Positions 49,010 through 58,066 of a stretch of 64,000 bases of DNA are shown here, piece by piece. The number at the start of each line of letters is the position of its first letter. Within the stretch, counting starts at the first letter, position 1. The stretch is from Paenibacillus bouchesdurhonensis (lineage in GTDB: Bacteria; Bacillota; Bacilli; Paenibacillales; Paenibacillaceae), in NCBI RefSeq assembly GCF_900155685.1, contig NZ_LT732548.1:2050301-2114300 (forward strand). Reading direction: 5' to 3'. Both the position numbers and the translations under genes were made by a program. The notes beneath the pieces are model-generated. The model saw only the letters and a list, made by a program, of their open reading frames with translations. It was not told the DNA's origin and searched no databases.

Positions 49010-49774
49010 ATGCAGCGTTATTTTATTGATCCCGAACAATTCGGGGACAAATTGGTAAGCATAACTGGCGAGGACGCTCGTCATATCGGCAAAGTGATGC
49101 GTTCCAAGCCTGAAGATAAGCTGATTGTCACTGACGGGAATGCGAGGGAAGCGCTTGTCGAGATTGTAGAGATCGAAGCACAGCAGGTGACTGCCCGCAT
49201 CGTTGAAATGCTTGAAGCTTCCGGGGAGCCGCGTGTTCAGGTTACGGTGGCCCAGAGTCTGCCGAAAGGCGACAAGATGGAGATTGTGATCCAGAAATGC
49301 ACGGAAATTGGCGCCGCGTCGTTCCAGCCTTTTATGTCGGAACGGACGGTGGTTCAATACGATCCAAAGAAAGAAGAGAAGCGAACGGCTCGCTGGCGTA
49401 AAATTGCCAAAGAAGCTGCCGAACAGGCTCATCGCAGCAAAATTCCAGCAATCGAAGCACCTGCGTCATGGAAGGAATTGCTGGCGAAGCTGCCTGAATA
49501 CGACCTCGCTTGTGTATGCTATGAGAAGGAGCACGGCCAGCAGCTGCGGGACGTGCTGAAGCCTTTTGCCGAGCGCCTTGGGGCAGTTGCGCCTTCGCGG
49601 GTGATGATTGTGATCGGGCCTGAGGGCGGATTTACAGCGAGGGAGATTGAGCAATTAGAAGCGGCAGGGGCAGTGTCCATAGGCTTGGGCCGAAGAATAT
49701 TTAGAACAGAGACGGCCGGAATGGCCGCCTTAACATGTATTATGTATGAAACTGGAGAAATGGGGGAGAGTTGA
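49010..49774 (+). CDS. rsmE: 16S rRNA (uracil1498-N3)-methyltransferase
   Basis: The 254-aa protein begins MQRYFIDPEQF. A SPOUT domain is present. Synteny places it after prmA. Confidence 0.8.
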   Translation: MQRYFIDPEQFGDKLVSITGEDARHIGKVMRSKPEDKLIVTDGNAREALVEIVEIEAQQVTARIVEMLEASGEPRVQVTVAQSLPKGDKMEIVIQKCTEIGAASFQPFMSERTVVQYDPKKEEKRTARWRKIAKEAAEQAHRSKIPAIEAPASWKELLAKLPEYDLACVCYEKEHGQQLRDVLKPFAERLGAVAPSRVMIVIGPEGGFTAREIEQLEAAGAVSIGLGRRIFRTETAGMAALTCIMYETGEMGES

Positions 49775-49777
49775 ACA

Positions 49778-51118
49778 ATGCCATCCGTTGCTTTTTACAC
49801 ACTTGGCTGCAAAGTCAACTTCTATGATACAGAAGCGATATGGCAGCTTTTCAAAAACGAAGGCTACGAGCAGGTCGATTTCGAACAGACTGCCGATGTA
49901 TATCTCATAAATACTTGTACAGTCACCAATACAGGAGATAAAAAATCGCGGCAAATTATTCGCCGTGCAGTCCGCCGCAATCCCGATGCGATCGTTGCAG
50001 TTACCGGCTGCTACGCCCAGACGTCGCCAGCCGAAATATTGGACATCCCGGGGGTCGACCTCGTTATCGGCACGCAGGATCGCGAGAAGATTATGCCCCT
50101 GATCGGACAACTCCAGGAGCAGCGTCAACCTATTAATGCCGTACGCAACATTATGAAGACCCGTGAATTTGAAGAGTTGGACGTTCCCGACTTCGCAGAC
50201 CGCACGCGCGCTTTTCTCAAAATCCAGGAAGGCTGCAATAATTTCTGTACGTTCTGTATTATTCCATGGTCGCGAGGCTTGTCCCGGAGCCGTGATCCGC
50301 AAAGCGTCGTGAATCAGGCAAGGCAGTTAGTTGCTGCCGGTTATAAGGAGATCGTACTGACTGGCATTCATACCGGAGGATATGGGGATGACCTTGAAAA
50401 TTATCGTCTATCCGATCTGCTCTGGGAGCTGGACAAGGTTGATGGTTTGGAACGGGTACGAATCAGTTCGATTGAAGCGAGCCAAATCGATGAGAAAATG
50501 CTTGAAGTGTTGAAGAACTCCACTAAAATGTGCCGACATTTTCATATTCCGCTGCAAGCAGGCAGCAACGAAGTTCTTAAACGGATGAGACGTAAGTATA
50601 CGATTGAAGAATTTGAGCAGAAGATCAAAATGATCCGTGAGTTCATGCCGGACGTGGCCATTACGACCGATATTATCGTCGGCTTCCCGGGGGAGACCGA
50701 TGAGTTGTTCCGGGAGGGCTTCGAGGCGATTAAGCGCATCGGTTTCTCCGAGATGCACGTGTTCCCGTATTCCAAACGGACGGGCACACCAGCGGCACGG
50801 ATGGAAGATCAGGTAGATGAGGAAGTGAAGCACGCGCGAGTGCATGAGCTGATAGATCTATCGGAAACGATGCAGTTGGCATATGCGCAAAAATTCGTCG
50901 GCGAAGTGCTGGACATTATTCCGGAGAAGGATGAAAAGGGATTGTCTGGCGAAGGGCACGCCACCGGACTTAGCGATAACTATCTACAGGTTCGCTTCGA
51001 GGCTCCAGGAGATTTGACCGGCAAAGTATGCCGGGTGAAGTTGACGGAAGCCGGCGTTAACACTTGCGAAGGCCAGCTCGTGCGCATTTTGGAGGATACT
51101 TCCAAAGCCTTGGCTTAA
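49778..51118 (+). CDS. mtaB: tRNA (N6-threonylcarbamoyladenosine) methylthiotransferase MtaB (radical SAM MiaB family)
   Basis: A UPF0004 N-terminal domain is present. The radical-SAM motif is CNNFCTFCIIPWSRG. A TRAM domain forms the C-terminus. Confidence 0.8.
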   Translation: MPSVAFYTLGCKVNFYDTEAIWQLFKNEGYEQVDFEQTADVYLINTCTVTNTGDKKSRQIIRRAVRRNPDAIVAVTGCYAQTSPAEILDIPGVDLVIGTQDREKIMPLIGQLQEQRQPINAVRNIMKTREFEELDVPDFADRTRAFLKIQEGCNNFCTFCIIPWSRGLSRSRDPQSVVNQARQLVAAGYKEIVLTGIHTGGYGDDLENYRLSDLLWELDKVDGLERVRISSIEASQIDEKMLEVLKNSTKMCRHFHIPLQAGSNEVLKRMRRKYTIEEFEQKIKMIREFMPDVAITTDIIVGFPGETDELFREGFEAIKRIGFSEMHVFPYSKRTGTPAARMEDQVDEEVKHARVHELIDLSETMQLAYAQKFVGEVLDIIPEKDEKGLSGEGHATGLSDNYLQVRFEAPGDLTGKVCRVKLTEAGVNTCEGQLVRILEDTSKALA

Positions 51119-51157
51119 ATTACGGAGGAAAATGCAGTGAACCATATATTTATCTTC

Positions 51158-51193
51158 AAGGATTTCACCCCGAAGGGGTGAAGTCCTTGTTGT
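51158..51193 (+). terminator. Intrinsic terminator after mtaB
   Basis: The hairpin is aaggatttcacccc-gaa-ggggtgaagtcctt. Confidence 0.55.
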
Positions 51194-51279
51194 CCATTTA
51201 GATGTTATCACGGTGTACAGGCAAGTTGAGAATTCCGTATTAACCAATGATGTTCTAGGAATAAGGAGGGGTCAATGTC

Positions 51280-51711
51280 ATGCCGTCCACACAAATATCT
51301 GCAGGAGGCATTGTCTACCGCAAAGAAGCGGGACTACTGCAAATTCAGCTAATTACGGATCGATACGGTAAAATATCGTTTGCTAAAGGAAAACGGGAAA
51401 ACGGAGAGACGATTGAACAAACCGCGCTCCGTGAAATCCATGAGGAAACCGGGATTGTCGGCCGAGTCGTCGAGCCCATCGATATTATAGCCTATACCTA
51501 TCATCATCCCAACCTAGGAGATATCCAAAAAGAAGTACATTATTATCTTGTTGAGTGCGAGGGCGGCAGTCTGAGGCCGCAAACGGAAGAAATACGCAGT
51601 GTAGCCTGGTATGAACCGGAAGTCGCTTGGGAAAGACAATGCAATGCCGGTTACGATAATAATGATTTTATTTTGGAAAAGGCGTTAAAACTGCTAGGTA
51701 TCCGCCTTTAA
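51280..51711 (+). CDS. NUDIX hydrolase
   Basis: The Nudix box reads …GKRENGETIEQTALREIHEETGIVG…. Confidence 0.8.
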   Translation: MPSTQISAGGIVYRKEAGLLQIQLITDRYGKISFAKGKRENGETIEQTALREIHEETGIVGRVVEPIDIIAYTYHHPNLGDIQKEVHYYLVECEGGSLRPQTEEIRSVAWYEPEVAWERQCNAGYDNNDFILEKALKLLGIRL

Positions 51712-52751
51712 TCACGCATTTTGGTGGAGGAAATCACCGCTGTCGGTGAGGTGGAACATTTTGGCGGACGGTGCGTTGGATTCCCCCATCTCGACCACAC
51801 GGGCAAGTAGCAAAAAGGGAGTGCGAGCAAAGAACAGACGACGTTGAAAATCGTCTGCGTACGTGCGATTTGAGCCGCTGGATCGCTGCTCATCCAGGCT
51901 GCCGCCGTTTCCAGCCAAGGGATCAAAGGCATAAACAATAATGCGCCAAGAACGTTCAGGATTACATGGGACCAGGCGACAAAACGTCCCGACCGCGTAC
52001 TGCCGATCGCTGCGATCAGCGGCGTAATGCATGTGCCTACATTGGAGCCGAGAACCATGGCGATACCGAACTCGATGGGCAGGGTGCCTGTAGCGACGAG
52101 CCCCATCGTCATCGCAATGACGGCAGCGCTGCTATGGATGAGGGCGGTGAGCAGCCCGCCTGCAATAGCTCCCCATAGGAGGCTGTCGTCCGCGTGCTCC
52201 AGCAGCCATGCGATTACGCCGCGCTGTTCCAGAGCGGGGCCGATCGATTGCATCCAGGTGATCGCGATCATGATCAGGCTGAAGCCGAATACAGCCAGCG
52301 AGCCGAATTGCAGCGGTCTTAACATTTGAGTCCAGCCGGCATTGGTTCGGTGGCGGGGAAGGGCCTCTTCGCTCATTACGGCAGCAGCCCAAACGATAAG
52401 AGAGCTGATCAGCAGCGGGATGCCTAGACGTGAAATATTTAGAGCGATCAATTCGGTCGTTAGGCAGGTTCCGACATTGCCGCCGAGAATGATGCCGAGT
52501 GTCCGTCCATACGATAGCAGCCCGGCATTAACAAGTCCGATCGTCATGACCGTAGCCGCCGTGCTGCTCTGCAATACGGCGGTTACGAACGAGCTGGACA
52601 GCAAGCCCGTCCACGGCGTGCGCGTTGAGCCTTGAAGCAGCTTGATTAATCTAGGGCCGGCCCAAGTCTGCAGCGCGGCCTCCATGATTTTCATGCCAAG
52701 CATAAACAAGGCAAAGCCAAATGTCGCCGGGAACACAATTTCGTGAAACAT
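51708..52751 (-). CDS. Na+/phosphate cotransporter family protein (NptA-like, two internal repeats)
   Basis: The internal ATG follows a strong AGGAGGGA RBS. The two repeats read …LQSSTAATVMTIGLV… and …IHSSAAVIAMTMGLV…. The stop codon converges on the NUDIX stop with a 4-nt overlap. Confidence 0.7.
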   Translation of the reverse strand: MFHEIVFPATFGFALFMLGMKIMEAALQTWAGPRLIKLLQGSTRTPWTGLLSSSFVTAVLQSSTAATVMTIGLVNAGLLSYGRTLGIILGGNVGTCLTTELIALNISRLGIPLLISSLIVWAAAVMSEEALPRHRTNAGWTQMLRPLQFGSLAVFGFSLIMIAITWMQSIGPALEQRGVIAWLLEHADDSLLWGAIAGGLLTALIHSSAAVIAMTMGLVATGTLPIEFGIAMVLGSNVGTCITPLIAAIGSTRSGRFVAWSHVILNVLGALLFMPLIPWLETAAAWMSSDPAAQIARTQTIFNVVCSLLALPFCYLPVWSRWGNPTHRPPKCSTSPTAVISSTKMRD

Positions 52752-52912
52752 GAGCTCCCTCCTCTGATATAAAGCTGTACAAGTTACATATATGCCAAGC
52801 TTGCAGCTCTCATGCCCGAAGGCGGTGTTCCCTGCTTGGTTACCCAGGTAGGATCGCTGGCCGTATGCCTGAATCGAGGAGATGCTATTTAACAATAAGA
52901 GGAGTGGTCAGC

Positions 52913-54283
52913 TTGCCATCAATTATTTTGCAAAGAAGCCGTAAAAAGCGGCTTGAACAGGGTCATCCCTGGATTTTCAGCAATGAAATCGAGAGAGTCG
53001 AGGGCGAGCCGGAGCCGGGCAGCTTAGTCACTGTGTTGGATTGGAGAGGGAAATTTCTGGCGACAGGGTATTACAATCCTGCTTCGCAAATAACGGTACG
53101 GGTCGTATCCTATCAGCCACTGGAAGCGATGGATGTTGCTTTTTTTATGCAGCGTTTTGAGCAGTGCCTAGCCCATCGTAGAAGATTTGTGCATGAGGCT
53201 GCCTACCGGTTAGTGTATGGAGAGGCTGATTTTTTGCCGGGGCTTATTGTTGATCGCTTTGGTGATGTGCTCGTCGTTCAATTGCTTACGCTTGGAATGG
53301 ATCGCTGCCGTGAAAGCATTGTGCAAGCTCTGGTGTCCGTTATTCAGCCCGCAGGCATTTATGAGCGAAGCGACGTATCCATCCGGGCGATGGAAGGTCT
53401 GGAAGAGATGAAGGGGCCGCTTTATGGCAATCCCCCGCAGCATGTGACGGTTACGGAGAATGGACTTTTGATCCAAGTGGATATTTGGCAGGGGCAGAAA
53501 ACGGGGTACTTCTTTGACCAGCGCGAGAATCGTGCCTCTATCGAGCCTTTGATGATGGGCTGGGGAGAGCGGAGCGGCGTTACGTTGCAGCAGCAGCCGG
53601 TAGACGGCGGAGGCTTCCGCATGGTTCCGGTGAACCGGAAGGGCAAGGAGGTTACTTTCCCATATTGGGATGGAGCGACGGTGCTGGAATGCTTTTCCCA
53701 CACGGGGAGCTTTACGCTGCATGCCTGCAAGTATGGGGCTAAGAAAGTGACCTGCCTCGATATTTCCGAGCACGCGATTCAAAGCGCCCGGGAGAATGTC
53801 AGGCTAAACGGCTTTGAAGATCGCGTGGAATTCGTCGTTGCCGACGCTTTCGAATATTTGCGCAGCCAGGTTAAGGGGCTGGACGAGCGTCGTGCGCGTG
53901 CTGTTGACGACGGGAAAATAGACACCTCGCTTCCGATGACGGCCAGCGGGGGGAGAACCTGGGATGTCGTTATACTCGATCCGCCAGCCTTCGCCAAGAC
54001 GAAGGGGGCTGTTAAAGGGGCATGCAGAGGGTACAAAGACATTAACCTGCATGGACTGAAACTGGTCAACGAGGGGGGCTACTTGGTTACTGCGAGCTGC
54101 TCTTACCATATGAAACCGGAACTGTTCCTGCAAACGATCCAGGATGCTGCCATGGATGCCGGCAAGGTGTTGAGGCTGATTGAATGGCGTGCGGCCGGGA
54201 AAGACCACCCGCAAATTTTAGGCGTCAATGAAGGACACTATTTGAAATTTGCAATTTTTGAAGTGCGGACGAAGACGTTTTAA
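52913..54283 (+). CDS. Class I SAM-dependent rRNA methyltransferase, RlmI/YwbD-like (PUA plus methyltransferase domains)
   Basis: The likely start is a TTG 8 nt after AAGAGGAG. The SAM-binding motif is …VLECFSHTGSFTL…. A PUA-like N-terminal domain is present. Confidence 0.7.
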   Translation: MPSIILQRSRKKRLEQGHPWIFSNEIERVEGEPEPGSLVTVLDWRGKFLATGYYNPASQITVRVVSYQPLEAMDVAFFMQRFEQCLAHRRRFVHEAAYRLVYGEADFLPGLIVDRFGDVLVVQLLTLGMDRCRESIVQALVSVIQPAGIYERSDVSIRAMEGLEEMKGPLYGNPPQHVTVTENGLLIQVDIWQGQKTGYFFDQRENRASIEPLMMGWGERSGVTLQQQPVDGGGFRMVPVNRKGKEVTFPYWDGATVLECFSHTGSFTLHACKYGAKKVTCLDISEHAIQSARENVRLNGFEDRVEFVVADAFEYLRSQVKGLDERRARAVDDGKIDTSLPMTASGGRTWDVVILDPPAFAKTKGAVKGACRGYKDINLHGLKLVNEGGYLVTASCSYHMKPELFLQTIQDAAMDAGKVLRLIEWRAAGKDHPQILGVNEGHYLKFAIFEVRTKTF

Positions 54284-54324
54284 TTCCTCGAACCAGTAAT
54301 AAAAGGAAAATAAACTTTCTCAGC

Positions 54325-54358
54325 CAACAAGACTTCTGATTATTCAGAAGTCTTGTTG
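54325..54358 (+). terminator. Intrinsic terminator after the RlmI-like gene
   Basis: The hairpin is a perfect 15-bp caacaagacttctga-ttat-tcagaagtcttgttg, followed by a U-rich tail. Confidence 0.75.
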
Positions 54359-54541
54359 TATTATGCGACTTTTTTCATTAAAATAACAGAACATACATTC
54401 TTGTTCCTCGAGTGAAGTGTAGGATCGTTATGTTATAATGTAAATTAACAATTTGACCGTGAAAAAAGCTGTGGGTTCAATGCTTTTTTTCTTTCATAGA
54501 ACATTAGTCTTAAGTCAATTACGCTGTATAGGAGGAGCTTC

Positions 54542-57500
54542 ATGTCACTTCAATTTATCATCGGCCGTTCGGGAAGCGGCAAAAGCAGCTTGATATTAGA
54601 GCGAATTACCTCCATGCTGAGGTCGGATCCGAGCGGGCCTCCAATAATTCTAATTGCTCCAGAGCAGGGGACGTTCCAGATCGAGCGCGCGATTGTGCAG
54701 TCAGAACAACTTTCCGGTACCGTCAGAGCTCAAGTGCTGGGCTTTCACCGCCTAGCTCTACGGGTTATGCAGGAAACCGGCGGATCTGCACTAATACCAA
54801 TAAGTGAAGAGGGCAAGAAGATGCTTCTTTACAAAATTATGCGCCGCCATCGGAAAGATTTGAAGCTATATAGGCAATCGGGCGATCAGCTCGGTTTAAT
54901 CGACCGGATCAATTCCCTATATAGCGAGCTTAAGAAGCATGATGCTGATTTTTCATCGCTTGATAAATATGGGGAAATATTGGAGAAAACAGACGGCGAA
55001 TCGCCGCTTCTAAAGGATAAGCTTCATGATTTAAGCATCATCTATCGCGAATTTGACCAGGAATTATCCAAGCTTTACATAGATGCTGAAGATCATGTCG
55101 TTAAATTGGCAGAGGGGGCTCCGAGTTCCTCTTATCTTCGCGGGGCTGACATATGGATCGACGGATTTCAGAGCTTCACCCCGCAAGAATATAAAGCTAT
55201 CGGAGCGCTGATGTCGGTTGCTTCCTCCATGACTGTATCGCTTACATTAGATCGTCCTTATGATGACGGAGTTTTGCCGCATGAGCTGAACTTATTCCAT
55301 GCTACGGCGATCACATACATGAAGCTGCGTGCGCTGGCTGAGGAATACGGAGTTGAATTGAAGGCGGCGGAGGTGCTCGATACCCGTCCTTTTCCCCGTT
55401 TCAGAGACAATATGACATTATCTCACCTGGAATTGGCTTATGAGCATCGGATTCCGTGGAAGGGAGCAGATCCGCCTGAGGATTTGTCCTCCTCCTTATC
55501 TCTTCACACTGCGAGCAGCCGGCGCACGGAGACGGAAGGAGCCGCGCGCGCCATGGTTGCTCTAGCCAGGGAGCAAGGAGCTAGATGGCGGGATATGGCT
55601 TTATTCGTCAGAAATTTGGAGGACTATGACCATCTTATCGGCCCCGTGTTCGAGGAATACGGCATTCCCTATTTTTTAGACCAGAAGCGGAGTGTGCTTT
55701 ACCATCCCATGGTAGAGCTGATACGCGGAGCGATGGATGTTGTATTGAAATTTTGGAAGTATGAAGATGTATTTCGCTGTGTCAAAAGCGAGTTTCTGCT
55801 GCCCCTGGATGGCAGCTTGACGCGAAATCATATGGATCAGCTTGAAAATTATGTGTTGGCCAGCGGGATTCATGGTTATCGCTGGACCGATGGCCGCCCA
55901 TGGAAAGGAGCACCCAGCCTGTCGCTGGAAGCCGCAGATCATCCTGCAGAGCAAGCGGGAAACGAGGCTATGCGTCTTCTGGAGCGCTGCCGAGAGGCGG
56001 TCGTAGCGCCGCTAGCTGCATTTGAGACAAGATTGAAGCGAAGCCGCAATGCCCGCGAAATGTGCACTGCAGTCTACAAATTGCTGGAGGATATTGAGGC
56101 TGCCCACCGTCTGGACAAGCTGGCCCATAAGGCTCAACGTAAGGGACTTCCGCAGGAAGCGATGGAACATCGCCAGTTGTGGAGCTCTGTCCTTGATCTG
56201 CTTGATCAGATTGTAGAAATGATGGGAGATGAGGAGCTAAGCTTCGACATATTTGCCGGAATCATGGAGACGGGCTTGCAGGATCTTAAGCTGTCGCTCG
56301 TTCCGCCTTCCTTGGACCAGGTGTTGATCGGAAGTACGGATCGGACGCGTTCCAGTCATGTCAAGCACTTATTCCTGCTCGGAATTAACGAAGGCATTAT
56401 GCCTGCCAATATACAGGAAGAAGGCGTGTTAAGCGATCAGGAAAGGGTACGCCTCTCCGAAATCGGCATGGAGCTTGCTCCCGGTTTAACGCGAAGGCTG
56501 CTTGATGAGCGCTTTCTCATTTATGAAGCTTTATCGGCTGCCAGTCAATCGTTATGGCTCAGCTACCCACTGGCTGATGAAGACGGCAAGGCGCTGCTGC
56601 CCTCCGAAGTGATGCGGCATGTGAAGACGATTTTCCCAACTCTATCGGAGAAATTTGTCGCTGAAGCCCCGGTGGCCATTGATAACGAACAGCAGCAGCT
56701 GGAATATGTCAGCCGGCCAGCGCCGATCCTATCGCGGTTAATAGAACAATTGCGTCAATGGAGAACCGGCGAACCTATTTCACCGATATGGTGGAGTGTT
56801 CTGAGATGGTATAAGGATCAATCCGAGTGGGAAGGGAAGCTTACCCATCTGCTGGGCTCGCTCAATTACCGCAACCAGGTTCGCGGGCTTACGGCTGCTA
56901 CGAGTCGCAGATTATACGGCAAGCGTCTTCGGACAAGCGTGTCGAGGATGGAGAAATTTTCGGCCTGCCCATTTTCGCATTTCGCGTCTCATGGCTTGAA
57001 ACTGAAGGAACGGCAAATTTATCGTTTGAAGGCGCCGGACATCGGGCAGCTGTTTCATGCGGCGTTGAGTTCAATGGCGCTTACGTTTAAGGAGCAGAAT
57101 CGCAGCTGGGGAAGCCTTACCGCAGAGCAATGTCTGGAAGAGGCGGCCATCGCTGTCGATCGGATTGCGCCGAAGCTTCAGGGGGAAATATTGCTAAGCT
57201 CCAATCGTTATGGATATATTTCTCGTAAGCTCAAAAATATTGTTGGACGCGCCTCAATCATCCTTGGTGAACAATCCAGAAGAGGCAGTTTTGAGCCGAT
57301 CGGCTTGGAGCTGGATTTCGGACCGGGGCAAGCTTTGCCGCCGCTTACATTCGAGCTCTCAAACGGATGTGTGATGGAAATCGTGGGACGGATCGATCGC
57401 GTTGATGTGGCGGAGGGAGAACAGGGGATACTGCTTCGAGTCATCGATTATAAATCAAGCCAGACGGATTTAAAGCTGCACGAGGTCTATTACGGATTGT

Positions 57501-58066
57501 CGCTGCAAATGCTGACTTATCTCGACGTGCTGCTTACCTCGGCCGAGTCCTGGCTCGGAGAGCGCGCATTGCCGGCAGGCACGCTGTACTTCCATGTCCA
57601 TAATCCGCTGCTGCAAAGCAGCAATGGCATGAGCCAAGAGCAGGCCGATTTGGAGATGCTCAAAAGATTTAAAATGAAGGGGCTATTGCTGGCGGATCGT
57701 GATGTCATCTCCAAGATGGACAATGTCCTCGACAAAGGATATTCCGATATTTTACCAGTTGCCGTCAAAGCGGACGGTGGCTTTTACAGCAGCGCTTCCG
57801 TTGCTACAGAGGAGCAGTGGTACAAGCTGTTGCGTTCGGTAAGACGGGCGATAACCGAAATTGGAACGAGAATTACGGACGGGGATGTACAGATTACACC
57901 CTATCGCATTGGAACAGAGACGGCATGCACCTACTGCGCCTTCAAGCCGGTTTGCCGCTTCGATGAATCGGTGGAGGGTGGCTCTTACCATCTGCTTAGC
58001 AAGCCTGGCAAGGATAAGCTATGGGCGATGTTTGAACAAAATGTTGGAGAGGAGGGGCAAGGATGA
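54542..58066 (+). CDS. addB: ATP-dependent helicase/deoxyribonuclease subunit B (AddB/RexB) with a C-terminal Fe-S nuclease domain
   Basis: The Walker A motif is GRSGSGKSS. The C-terminal cysteines fall in …CPFSHF… and …CTYCAFKPVCRF…. The protein is 1174 aa. Confidence 0.9.
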   Translation: MSLQFIIGRSGSGKSSLILERITSMLRSDPSGPPIILIAPEQGTFQIERAIVQSEQLSGTVRAQVLGFHRLALRVMQETGGSALIPISEEGKKMLLYKIMRRHRKDLKLYRQSGDQLGLIDRINSLYSELKKHDADFSSLDKYGEILEKTDGESPLLKDKLHDLSIIYREFDQELSKLYIDAEDHVVKLAEGAPSSSYLRGADIWIDGFQSFTPQEYKAIGALMSVASSMTVSLTLDRPYDDGVLPHELNLFHATAITYMKLRALAEEYGVELKAAEVLDTRPFPRFRDNMTLSHLELAYEHRIPWKGADPPEDLSSSLSLHTASSRRTETEGAARAMVALAREQGARWRDMALFVRNLEDYDHLIGPVFEEYGIPYFLDQKRSVLYHPMVELIRGAMDVVLKFWKYEDVFRCVKSEFLLPLDGSLTRNHMDQLENYVLASGIHGYRWTDGRPWKGAPSLSLEAADHPAEQAGNEAMRLLERCREAVVAPLAAFETRLKRSRNAREMCTAVYKLLEDIEAAHRLDKLAHKAQRKGLPQEAMEHRQLWSSVLDLLDQIVEMMGDEELSFDIFAGIMETGLQDLKLSLVPPSLDQVLIGSTDRTRSSHVKHLFLLGINEGIMPANIQEEGVLSDQERVRLSEIGMELAPGLTRRLLDERFLIYEALSAASQSLWLSYPLADEDGKALLPSEVMRHVKTIFPTLSEKFVAEAPVAIDNEQQQLEYVSRPAPILSRLIEQLRQWRTGEPISPIWWSVLRWYKDQSEWEGKLTHLLGSLNYRNQVRGLTAATSRRLYGKRLRTSVSRMEKFSACPFSHFASHGLKLKERQIYRLKAPDIGQLFHAALSSMALTFKEQNRSWGSLTAEQCLEEAAIAVDRIAPKLQGEILLSSNRYGYISRKLKNIVGRASIILGEQSRRGSFEPIGLELDFGPGQALPPLTFELSNGCVMEIVGRIDRVDVAEGEQGILLRVIDYKSSQTDLKLHEVYYGLSLQMLTYLDVLLTSAESWLGERALPAGTLYFHVHNPLLQSSNGMSQEQADLEMLKRFKMKGLLLADRDVISKMDNVLDKGYSDILPVAVKADGGFYSSASVATEEQWYKLLRSVRRAITEIGTRITDGDVQITPYRIGTETACTYCAFKPVCRFDESVEGGSYHLLSKPGKDKLWAMFEQNVGEEGQG

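Noticed and set aside
49730-50302. 190-aa ORF antisense to mtaB
   Set aside because: The mtaB sense frame carries the radical-SAM CxxxCxxC motif. The antisense ORF is spurious.
53210-54214. Several minus-strand ORFs (up to 190 aa) inside the RlmI-like gene
   Set aside because: The sense ORF has the SAM-methyltransferase fold motifs and a terminator. The antisense ORFs are spurious.
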